From an uncultured bacterium (lineage in GTDB: Bacteria; Verrucomicrobiota; Verrucomicrobiia; Limisphaerales; UBA8199): DNA of 64,000 nt. The position numbers and the translations under genes were made by a program. Positions 56,007 to 64,000 of this stretch are shown in pieces. The notes beneath the pieces were generated by a model. That model did no database searches and was not told the DNA's origin. It saw only the letters and a list, made by a program, of their open reading frames with translations. Position 1 is the stretch's first letter. Every line of letters starts with the position of its first letter. The stretch is from the NCBI GenBank assembly GCA_963749495.1, contig CAVVMW010000006.1:288001-352000 (forward strand). The letters are read 5' to 3'.

Positions 56007-57110
56007 TCAGATGTTTTCTCCCATCGTCGGCGGGGGCTGGTAGGCCAGTTGGCTCTCGGGGGAGAGGGGGGCGGTCTCTTTGGCCAGGACGCGGTATTGA
56101 GGGATTTGGAAGGAGACCTCGGTGCCGTCCGCCAGGCCCTGGTGAGAGTATTCTTCCTTGGTCATGCGGGCGCGGAGGGTCAGGCCGCTGGGCAGCTCGA
56201 GTTCGACGCGCAGCAGCACCCCCAGGAAGAAGGTGTGGCGCAGCACGGCGTGGTAGCGGTATTGAGTCAGGTCGGAGGAGATTTGGACAGCGTAGGGGCG
56301 GAAGCCGATGCGCAGTTTTTGGCCTTCGGCCAGTCCGTGGGCCGGGAATTCCAGCTCGCCGGCGCAGGCGGCGCCATTGCGCACCTGCAATTCGAGGATG
56401 TTCATGGCCCCGATGAAGCGGGCGACGAATTCGTTGGCGGGCTGGTCATAGACCTCGCGGGGCGTGCCGACCTGTTCGAGCAGGCCGCGCGAGAAGATGA
56501 CGATGCGATTGGACACCTCCAGCGCCTCCTCCTGGTCGTGCGTGACGAAGATGGTGGTCAGGTTCAAGTCGCCATGGAGCCTCACCAGCCACTCGCGCAG
56601 TTCCTGGCGGATCTTGGCGTCCACCGCGCCAAACGGCTCATCCAGCAGCAGCACGTCCGGCTTGGGGGCCAGGGCGCGCGCGATGGCCACGCGCTGGCGC
56701 TGCCCCCCGGAGAGCTGGTGCGGGAAGCGCCGCTCCAGCCCGTGCAGCCCGAACAAGCCCATGAGCTCGGCCGTCCGTGCCCGGATGTCCGCCTGTTTCC
56801 ACTTCTTGATCTTCAGGCCGAAGGCGATGTTTTTTGCGACGTTCATGTTCTTGAACAACGCGTAATTCTGGAACACGAACCCGATGTTGCGGCGTTGCAC
56901 CGAGACCTCGTTGACACGTTGCCCCCGGATGAAGATGTCGCCGCCGGTGGGCATCTCCAGGCCGGCGATCATCCGCAGGACGGTCGTCTTGCCTCCGCCG
57001 CTGGGCCCCAGCAAGGCCATCAACTCCCCCTCCTTGACGGAAAACGTGACGTCGCTCACGACAACAATGTCGCCGAACCGCTTGGTCACGTTTTTCAGTT
57101 CGATGCTCAA
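56007..57110 (-). CDS. cysA: Sulfate ABC transporter ATP-binding protein
   Basis: GPSGGGKT, LSGGQRQR, LDEPF, TOBE-like C-terminus; in an operon with cysW/T. Confidence 0.88.
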   Translation of the reverse strand: MSIELKNVTKRFGDIVVVSDVTFSVKEGELMALLGPSGGGKTTVLRMIAGLEMPTGGDIFIRGQRVNEVSVQRRNIGFVFQNYALFKNMNVAKNIAFGLKIKKWKQADIRARTAELMGLFGLHGLERRFPHQLSGGQRQRVAIARALAPKPDVLLLDEPFGAVDAKIRQELREWLVRLHGDLNLTTIFVTHDQEEALEVSNRIVIFSRGLLEQVGTPREVYDQPANEFVARFIGAMNILELQVRNGAACAGELEFPAHGLAEGQKLRIGFRPYAVQISSDLTQYRYHAVLRHTFFLGVLLRVELELPSGLTLRARMTKEEYSHQGLADGTEVSFQIPQYRVLAKETAPLSPESQLAYQPPPTMGENI

Positions 57111-57240
57111 GGGAGGGACGAGAATGACGAATGACGAATGACGAATGACGAAGCGGCGGGAGGCAGACGAGTGAACCTCCGCCCTCGCCCCTCATCCCTG
57201 GCCAGATGTCCTTCGTCCTTCGTCATTCGTCATTCGTCAT

Positions 57241-58119
57241 TTACTCCTGCCGCTCTGCGTGGGCGTAGGCGCGCGCCTGGCGCCATTCCAGGAGCGTCTT
57301 GAGGCCCAGGGTAAGCAGCGCCAGCAGGACCAGCAAGCTGGATACGGCGAAGGCGGCCGGGGCATTGTATTCGTTGAAGAGCTTCTCGACGCGCAAGGGC
57401 ATGGTATCGGTCTGCCCGGCGATGTGGCCTGAGACGACCGAGACGGCGCCGAACTCGCCCATGGCCCGGGCGTTGCAAAGGATGATGCCGTAGAGCAGGC
57501 CCCATTTGACCGAGGGCAGGGTGACGCGGCAGAAGGTCACCCAGCCGTTGGCGCCGAGCGTCAGGGCCGCCTCTTCCTGCTCGGAGCCGGTGGCCTGCAT
57601 CACTGGGATGAGTTCGCGCGCCACGAAGGGCAGGGTGATGAAGACGGTGGCCAGGACGATGCCTGGGGCCGCGAAGATGACCTGGACGTCATGGGCCTGG
57701 AGCCACGGCCCCAGGAAACCCTGCCGGCCAAAGAGCAGCACAAGCATCAGTCCCGCCACCACGGGCGAGACCGAGAAGGGCAGATCGATGAGCGTCACCA
57801 GCAGGGATTTGCCGGGGAACTCGAATTTGGCTATCGCCCAGGCGGCGGCCAGGCCGAACAGGACATTGAGCGGCACGCTGATCGCCGCCACCCACAACGT
57901 CAGGCGGATGGCCGCCCAGGAGTCCGGGTGCGCCAGCGCCTGGCGGTAATAGGCCCAACCCCGCGAGAGCGCCTGGGCAAACACGTTGGCCAGCGGCAGC
58001 AGCAGGAAGACAGCGCAGAACGCCAGGGCCACCGCGATCAGGAGCCACCGGGCCGCGGCCGGCTTTTCCATGCCCCGCCTGGAGGCCTCGATGCTCGGTT
58101 TTCGCGCGGATGTTCGCAT
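57241..58119 (-). CDS. cysW: Sulfate ABC transporter permease CysW
   Basis: DLPFSVSPVVAG, FVARELIP, NARAMGEFGAVSVVSG. Confidence 0.93.
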   Translation of the reverse strand: MRTSARKPSIEASRRGMEKPAAARWLLIAVALAFCAVFLLLPLANVFAQALSRGWAYYRQALAHPDSWAAIRLTLWVAAISVPLNVLFGLAAAWAIAKFEFPGKSLLVTLIDLPFSVSPVVAGLMLVLLFGRQGFLGPWLQAHDVQVIFAAPGIVLATVFITLPFVARELIPVMQATGSEQEEAALTLGANGWVTFCRVTLPSVKWGLLYGIILCNARAMGEFGAVSVVSGHIAGQTDTMPLRVEKLFNEYNAPAAFAVSSLLVLLALLTLGLKTLLEWRQARAYAHAERQE

Positions 58120-58156
58120 CTGAGATTTGAAATTTGAAGTTTCAGATTTCAAAGGG

Positions 58157-58993
58157 TCACGTTTGCGCCTGGCGCAGAAAGCGGCTGGTCCATTGTTCGA
58201 GCACGTTGATCAGGGCCAGCAGGAGGAACGAGACCACCAGCAGCACGACCGCCAGCGCCACGGCGCCCGCGTAATCGAATTCCTCCAGGCGCATGACGAT
58301 GAGAAAGGGGGCAATCTCGGTCTTGAACGGCAAGTTGCCGGAAATGAACACGACCGAGCCGTATTCGCCAATGGCGCGGGCGAAGGCCAAGGCAAACCCG
58401 GTGACGACCGCCGGGAGCACCGTGGGGGCGATGACGCTCACGAAGGTGCGGAGCCGCCGGGCGCCCAGCGTGGCGGCCGCCTCCTCGACCTCGGGCTCCA
58501 GGCTCCGCAAGACCGGTTCGAGCGTGCGCACGGCAAAGGGCAGCCCAACGAACGTGAGGGCGATCACCACGCCCAGCCGCGTGTACGCCCCTTGAATGCC
58601 CAGCGGCACCAGGTAACGGCCCAGCCAGCCGTTGGCGGCAAAGAGGTTGGCCAGCGTCAGCCCCGCTACGGCGGTCGGCAGGGCAAACGGGAAGTCCACG
58701 ATCGCATCGATGAGCCTGCGCCCCGGGAACCGGTAACGGACAAGCACCCACGCCAGCAGCGTGCCGAAGACGGCATTGGCCACTGCCGCCAGCAACGACG
58801 TGCCAAAGGTCAGGCGGTAGGCGGCCAGCGCCCGCTCCGTGGTGGCCAGGCGCCAGAAGTCCGCCCAGGATAGCCCCAGCGCGCGCCACACCAGCCCGGC
58901 CAGCGGCACCAGGACCAGCGCGCTCAAGTAAAACAACGTGAAGCCCAGGGTCAGGCCAAAACCGGGCAAGGCGTTGAATTTCTTGTCATTCAT
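58157..58993 (-). CDS. cysT: Sulfate ABC transporter permease CysT
   Basis: LPGFGLTLG, PFALPTAVAG, GEYGSVVFISGNLPFKTEI. Confidence 0.93.
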   Translation of the reverse strand: MNDKKFNALPGFGLTLGFTLFYLSALVLVPLAGLVWRALGLSWADFWRLATTERALAAYRLTFGTSLLAAVANAVFGTLLAWVLVRYRFPGRRLIDAIVDFPFALPTAVAGLTLANLFAANGWLGRYLVPLGIQGAYTRLGVVIALTFVGLPFAVRTLEPVLRSLEPEVEEAAATLGARRLRTFVSVIAPTVLPAVVTGFALAFARAIGEYGSVVFISGNLPFKTEIAPFLIVMRLEEFDYAGAVALAVVLLVVSFLLLALINVLEQWTSRFLRQAQT

Positions 58994-60172
58994 CGCCGGT
59001 TGCCGAGCAGTTGGTCATACACGCCGCCTTCGCTGAAATGGATTTTTTGCGCCTTCTGCCAGCCGCCAAAGACCTCATCGATGGTGAACAGGTTGAGCTT
59101 GGGAAAGGCGGCGGCGTGCTGCTGCGCGATGGTTTCGAGGCGGGGCCGGAAGAAATGCCGGGCGGCAATCTCCTGGCCCTCGGGCGAGTAGAGGTATTCG
59201 AGGTAGGCCCGGGCCACGGCGCCGGTGCCGTGCTGCTCGACGAGCTTGTCCACCCACGCCACCGGCGGCTCGGCCAGGATGCTGAGCGAGGGGAGCACGA
59301 TCTGGTATTGGGCTTTGGGGGATTCCTTGAGGCAGAGCATGGCCTCGTTCTCCCAAGTGATGAGGGCGTCGCCGATGCCGCGCTGCACGAAGGTCGTGGC
59401 GGCGGCTTCGAGCGCCGGAGTCGAGGATCGGCACGTTCCTATAAAGCCGGGCCACGAACTCGCGCGCCTTGGCCTGGTCCTGGCCGTATTGCTTCAAGGC
59501 AAAACCCCAGGCCGCCAGGTAATTCCAGCGGGCGCCCCCGGAGGCCTTGGGGTTGGGCGTGATGACCGACACGCCAGGCCGGACCAGGTCGTCCCAGTCT
59601 TTGATGGCCTTGGGATTGGCCTTGCGGACCAGGAACACGATGGCCGAGGTGTAAGGCGAGCTGTGGTAAGGCAGGCGCCCCTGCCAATCCACTGGGAGCA
59701 GTTTGCCTTTTTCGGCAATCGCATCGATGTCGTATGCCAGCGCCAGCGTCACCACGTCGGCCGGCAGTCCGTCGATGACCGCCCGCGCCTGCTTGCCGGA
59801 CCCGCCGTGAGACTGCTGGACCGTCACCGTGTCGCCTGCCTTGGCCTGCCAATACTTCGCAAAGGCGGCGTTGAACTCCTGGTAAAACTCGCGCGTGGGG
59901 TCGTAAGAGGCGTTCAGGAGCGTGATGTCCCTGGCCCGCGCTGGGGCCTCCGGCAAGACCAGGAAGGCCAGGAAAAAGATCAGCAAAACCCAGGCGCTTC
60001 CCGATAACGGCACACGACGCCCGGTTCGCGAAGCGTTTTGGACTGCGCCAGTCCTCTGGCGCTTTTCCGACCGCTGGGAGGGACAAAGCGCCAGAGGACT
60101 GGCGCAGTCCAAAACCATGCGGGCTTCTCGGGGCCTCCTGGCTTTCTCCATTTTCTTCTTGCGCATCTCCAT
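58990..60172 (-). CDS. sbp: Sulfate-binding periplasmic protein, +1 frameshift near 59405
   Basis: [40 protein letters not shown]; continues [14 protein letters not shown] in ORF 58990..59388. Start uncertain. Confidence 0.88.
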
Positions 60173-60296
60173 GTTCTGTTCCCGTCGAGAGGCAATCTGG
60201 CAGAAATACAAGCTGATGCCACATATTTCTGGTCCTGACTTGACGGCGGGGCCGGGGCGGGCCAGTATCCCGGCAAGTCTAAAAAAGCTCATCCTT

Positions 60297-60752
60297 ATGA
60301 AACGATTGCTCTTGAGTATCTCCGCCGCCGCGTTGTTCTGGACAACTTGCACCGTCCTGGCCGCCGACGATTCGGCTGCCCTGGCGGGAAAATGGTTGGT
60401 CAAGAAGACCAACGACCAGGGCCAGAGCTTCACTCAAACCATCGAGGTCAAGAAGGACAAGTTCATCTTCCAGATCATCGGCTCCGACGATCAGGTCGCC
60501 ATTCATGCCGAGGGCGACATTAAACTCCAAAAGCTCGGGCCGTTCAACTCGATCCGCTTCTCTCACATCCGCGGCGGGCAATCGGCCGACAACCTGGATG
60601 ACGTCGACGACGAATACACCCTCATTTACGTCCTCGATGAGGACACCTGGTCGGTGGCGATGAATTTCGACAAACAACACGACCAGCAAAAGCCGGGCGT
60701 GGACGTTTACAAGCGCGTCAAGGCAACCGCGGCGGCCAAGGCGGCCAAATAG
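60297..60752 (+). CDS. Hypothetical secreted protein (possibly lipocalin-like beta barrel)
   Basis: Signal peptide MKRLLLS...VLA, then LAGKW. Confidence 0.75.
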   Translation: MKRLLLSISAAALFWTTCTVLAADDSAALAGKWLVKKTNDQGQSFTQTIEVKKDKFIFQIIGSDDQVAIHAEGDIKLQKLGPFNSIRFSHIRGGQSADNLDDVDDEYTLIYVLDEDTWSVAMNFDKQHDQQKPGVDVYKRVKATAAAKAAK

Positions 60753-60996
60753 ATTGGAAAGCAAGGCGCAGCGAGAACGGACCAGGGAGGGAGTGAGGAC
60801 CGGAACACTCGGACGAGGCGTCCGCGCTCCTATGGAGACCTTTGTCGCAGCCTTTGTCGGCACCTTTGTCGGATTGGCCATTTCTCGACAAAGGCGCCGA
60901 CAAAGGCTGCGACAAAGGTCCGGAATCTGAATTTTCGGGGCAGGCTCTGTGCAGCGGTGCCTCCGGGCGCACCGGGACAGTGACCCCGCAGCAACG

Positions 60997-61272
60997 TCAC
61001 TTGCTGGCCGCCGCTGCGGCTTCGCCCTTCTTCCAGGTCCGCTTGGGGGCTTTGACAATCAGCCCCTTCTTGATGGCGCGGGTCGAAACGCGCATGTAGC
61101 GCACCTCGCCGTCGACGATGGCTTTGACGCGCTGCAGGTTGGGCAGAAAACGGCGCTTTGTGATGGCGGTGATGTGTGTGCCGATGCCGCCGCTCTTCTT
61201 GGCCTTGCCACTCCGCCAAATGATGCTGCCCTTCATCGGGCCCTTGCCTGTCAGTTCGCAAATTCTCGCCAT
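60997..61272 (-). CDS. rpmB: 50S ribosomal protein L28
   Basis: MARICELTGK...TKRRFLPNLQ...VSTRAIK. Confidence 0.95.
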   Translation of the reverse strand: MARICELTGKGPMKGSIIWRSGKAKKSGGIGTHITAITKRRFLPNLQRVKAIVDGEVRYMRVSTRAIKKGLIVKAPKRTWKKGEAAAAASK

Positions 61273-61517
61273 ACAAGTCCTGTTCTCAATCCAAAGACCC
61301 GGAACCATAGCACCTGCCCGCCCCAGGGCAAGCACTTTTCCCCGCCCGGGGCAGATAAAAGGGGGCCTGTGCGTCCAAACGCACACTTGCGGCCGGCAGG
61401 TCTTGCTGGTAAGTAACCTCCATCCGCGCGCCTTGGGCTTGCGCCGTTCTAAAGCAGTGCGAGATTCATCCGATATAAATGACAGCGTGATGGTTCCTTC
61501 GGCATGAGTTCAAATGT

Positions 61518-61679
61518 ATGGACCTTGTGGATCTGATTAAAGCGACAATCTTTTGCGGAATCATGGCCTTCCTCTGCTACAGCTTTCCGGTGCTCGGCCA
61601 GGCCGTGATCATCGGCTTCCTGGCCCTGATTTGGCTGGGCTACGTCCGGACGACCCTGGTGCGGCTGCGGCGCAGGTGA
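61518..61679 (+). CDS. Small 53-aa two-TM membrane protein (not in the ORF track)
   Basis: MDLVDLIKATIFCGIMAFLCYSFPVLGQAVIIGFLALIWLGYVRTTLVRLRRR; host-like codons; fills the intergenic gap. Confidence 0.6.
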   Translation: MDLVDLIKATIFCGIMAFLCYSFPVLGQAVIIGFLALIWLGYVRTTLVRLRRR

Positions 61680-61694
61680 GACGGGCCGTTTCGT

Positions 61695-62468
61695 TCACCT
61701 GCTGATGCCGCGCTGGCTGGCGCGGACAAAGCCGGCCAGGTGCTGGAGTTCGGGCAGGGGCGGCAGGTCCTGCTCGATGCGCGCCAAGGCCGCGGGGATG
61801 GCCAGCCCTTCCCGGAAGAGGATCTTGCAGGCCAGGCGCAGGGCGGCTTGGGTCGCCCGGGGCACTCCGTGGCGCTGCAGGCCCACTTTGTTGATCGAGC
61901 GCGTCTCGGCGGGGTTGCCGTCCGTCACCATGAAGGGGACGACATCCTGCACGACCTTCGAGCAACCCCCAATCATGGAGAGCTTGCCGATGCGGCAAAA
62001 CTGGTGGACCGCCGCCAACCCGCCGACCACCGCGTAATCCTCGACCACCACATGCCCCCCCAGCGTCGCGGCGTTGGACATGATGACGTGGTCGCCCAGG
62101 GTCACGTTGTGGGCGACGTGGGAGTAAGCCAGAAGGGCGTTGAACGAGCCGACCCGCGTCACCTCACCATCCCCGGTGGCGCTCTGGATGCTCACGCACT
62201 CCCGGATGATGTTGGAATCGCCGATCTCGGTCCGGGTCAGGCCGCCCTTCCATTTCAAGTCCTGGGTGCGCAGGCCGATGCTGGCGAAGGGAAAGATCTC
62301 GTTGCCCCGGCCCAGCCGGGTATGGCCCTCGATGACCACGTGCGAATGGAGCCGGCAGCCGTCTCCCAGTTCGACGTGCTCCCCGATAACGCAGTAGGGG
62401 CCCAGTTCGCACTCCTGGCCCATCCGCGCCTTGGGATGGACAACCGCTGTGGGGTGAATCCTGTTCAT
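61695..62468 (-). CDS. lpxA: UDP-N-acetylglucosamine O-acyltransferase
   Basis: IHPTAVV hexapeptide repeats, QDLKWKG, HVAHN, VHQFCRIG. Confidence 0.95.
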   Translation of the reverse strand: MNRIHPTAVVHPKARMGQECELGPYCVIGEHVELGDGCRLHSHVVIEGHTRLGRGNEIFPFASIGLRTQDLKWKGGLTRTEIGDSNIIRECVSIQSATGDGEVTRVGSFNALLAYSHVAHNVTLGDHVIMSNAATLGGHVVVEDYAVVGGLAAVHQFCRIGKLSMIGGCSKVVQDVVPFMVTDGNPAETRSINKVGLQRHGVPRATQAALRLACKILFREGLAIPAALARIEQDLPPLPELQHLAGFVRASQRGISR

Positions 62469-62514
62469 CCGTGGTTGAAATGGCGTTGGCCGTGTGATTG
62501 TCGCGGGTCGGCCC

Positions 62515-63864
62515 TCAGGCCAGGGCGTCCGATATGATGAACGTCACCTCCGCCTCGCTCACGACCTCGCCCTGCACCCTGCAGAGGCCCTTGGCCTTGC
62601 CGATCTTGCCCCGGATCTTGCGCAACTCGACCTCGATGAGCAGAGCGTCCCCGGGGAAGACCGGCTTGCGCCATTTCACCTGCTCGGCGGACATGAAATA
62701 GGCGATCTTGCCGGGGTCTCCGACGCGCTTGTACATCAGGATGCCGGCTGCCTGGGCGATGGCTTCGAGTTGGAGCACCCCCGGCATGATGGGGTGGCCC
62801 GGGAAATGGCCCTGGAAGAAGGGCTCGTTGGAGGTCACGTTTTTGAGGGCGGTGATGAAGTTGCCCTCGATCTTGAGCACCCGGTCCACCATCAGGAACG
62901 GGGAGCGATGGGGCAGCAGGCGCATCACGGCGGCGGTGTCCATGGCGTCGGCCTCGGGCGGGGGCGTTTGGGCGCGGGCATCGGCCTGGGGCGAGGTCTT
63001 GGCCGGCGGGCGGGGTGGGGCGCCCATGAAGGCCTTGTGCGTCTGCGCCAGGATGCGGCGGACCAGTTCGCAATTGGCCGCGTGGCCGGGCTTGACGGCA
63101 ATGAGATGGCCCTGGAGCGGCCGGCCCAGCAGCGAGAGGTCACCCAGGATGTCCAGCATCTTGTGGCGCACGAACTCCTCGGGATACCGCAGCGGCTCGT
63201 TGGTCAGCACGGCATCGTCGCGGATGACCACGGCGTTCTCAAGGCTCCCGCCCTTGATCAGCCCGTTGCGGATCAGAAACTCGATCTCCTCGAAGAAGCA
63301 GAACGTCCGGGCGTGCGCCAGCTCGCGCTCCCAGGTCTGCGGGGTCAACTCGACGCTGTAGTGCTGGGTGAAGCGCCCCTGCTTGTCCGCGCTGGTGCAG
63401 GTGAGCTTGAAACCCTCGTCGGGGAACAGGGCCATGACCGTGTCACCCATCTTGAGCTCGATCGGGCTGGTGACCGTGTAAGGGTCCCGCCGTTCCTCCT
63501 GCGGCACCGTGCCCGCCCGCTGCACCATGCGGCAATACTCGCGCGCGCTCCCGTCGCCTATCGGCGGCTCATTGCTGTCCAGCTCGATGACGGCGTTATC
63601 GATGCCGCACCCGGCGAGCGTCGCCAGAACGTGCTCGACGGTATGGACGCGCGTGTTGCCCTTGGCCAGGGTCGTGGAACGTTCGGTCTCCGCCACGTTC
63701 TCGATGCGCGCCTCGATTTCGGGCGCCCCCTCCAGGTCCACCCGCCGAAACCGGATGCCGGTGTTGGGCGGCGCCGGCAGAAACGTCATGGTCACCCGGT
63801 TCCCGCCGTGCAGGCCAATGCCCGAAAAACTGGCGGGGCCATTGAGTGTTTGTTGTTGCTGCAC
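62515..63864 (-). CDS. lpxC: Bifunctional LpxC-FabZ
   Basis: [21 protein letters not shown] (LpxC); [28 protein letters not shown] (FabZ). Confidence 0.95.
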   Translation of the reverse strand: MQQQQTLNGPASFSGIGLHGGNRVTMTFLPAPPNTGIRFRRVDLEGAPEIEARIENVAETERSTTLAKGNTRVHTVEHVLATLAGCGIDNAVIELDSNEPPIGDGSAREYCRMVQRAGTVPQEERRDPYTVTSPIELKMGDTVMALFPDEGFKLTCTSADKQGRFTQHYSVELTPQTWERELAHARTFCFFEEIEFLIRNGLIKGGSLENAVVIRDDAVLTNEPLRYPEEFVRHKMLDILGDLSLLGRPLQGHLIAVKPGHAANCELVRRILAQTHKAFMGAPPRPPAKTSPQADARAQTPPPEADAMDTAAVMRLLPHRSPFLMVDRVLKIEGNFITALKNVTSNEPFFQGHFPGHPIMPGVLQLEAIAQAAGILMYKRVGDPGKIAYFMSAEQVKWRKPVFPGDALLIEVELRKIRGKIGKAKGLCRVQGEVVSEAEVTFIISDALA

Positions 63865-64000
63865 GCGCCGATTAAACAAGCCGGCCCCGCTCTTGGCAAG
63901 AGGGGAGATGCGGGGCAGGTTCCGACGGAACGTGAAAGGTGAAACGTGAAACGTGCGCCGAGGATGTCAGTGAGAGGGGGAGTGGGGAATGACGAATGAC

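Noticed and set aside
62515..63864. lpxC-fabZ fusion as a novelty
   Set aside because: It is a known bifunctional architecture in several phyla.

Overview
This is a GC-rich bacterial chromosomal window. The L28 sequence, the lpxC-fabZ fusion and the style of the secreted proteins suggest Verrucomicrobiota subdivision 3 (inference). Ordinary genes include four tandem ABC-2-like permease paralogs, ggt, a MacAB-type exporter, an EamA transporter, an ECF sigma/anti-sigma/RDD operon, dnaG, cvpA, uppS, folK-dapB-dapA, pta, a NUDIX hydrolase, batD/batE, an HDAC-family gene, a sulfate ABC transporter, rpmB, lpxA and lpxC-fabZ. Four things stand out. (1) A 5.1-kb lower-GC cargo transposon (35056-40200) built on a SWIM-zinc-finger IS5-family transposase. 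It has IS903-like GGCTTTG ends, a 9-bp target duplication, repeated subterminal sites and about 8 small passenger genes (GIY-YIG-like, HicBA-like, Zn-finger, membrane). (2) A sigma54 regulon: a sensor-less kinase and an NtrC-type activator, then two -24/-12 promoters, each with the same GTGCA-N5-TGCRC site 112-114 bp upstream. One promoter precedes a small protein plus AGGAGGA-loop RNA; the other precedes a zinc-ribbon/PTS EIIA/hyf-like (Ehr) operon whose large subunit lacks all Ni-binding cysteines. (3) An IS4 element with a divergent accessory ORF, inserted into a palindromic repeat. (4) A dense set of intergenic palindromes and inverted 7/9/12-mer repeat cassettes, some apparently copied as units. 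Six genes carry single-base frameshifts, probably assembly errors. No CRISPR array, rRNA or tRNA was seen.
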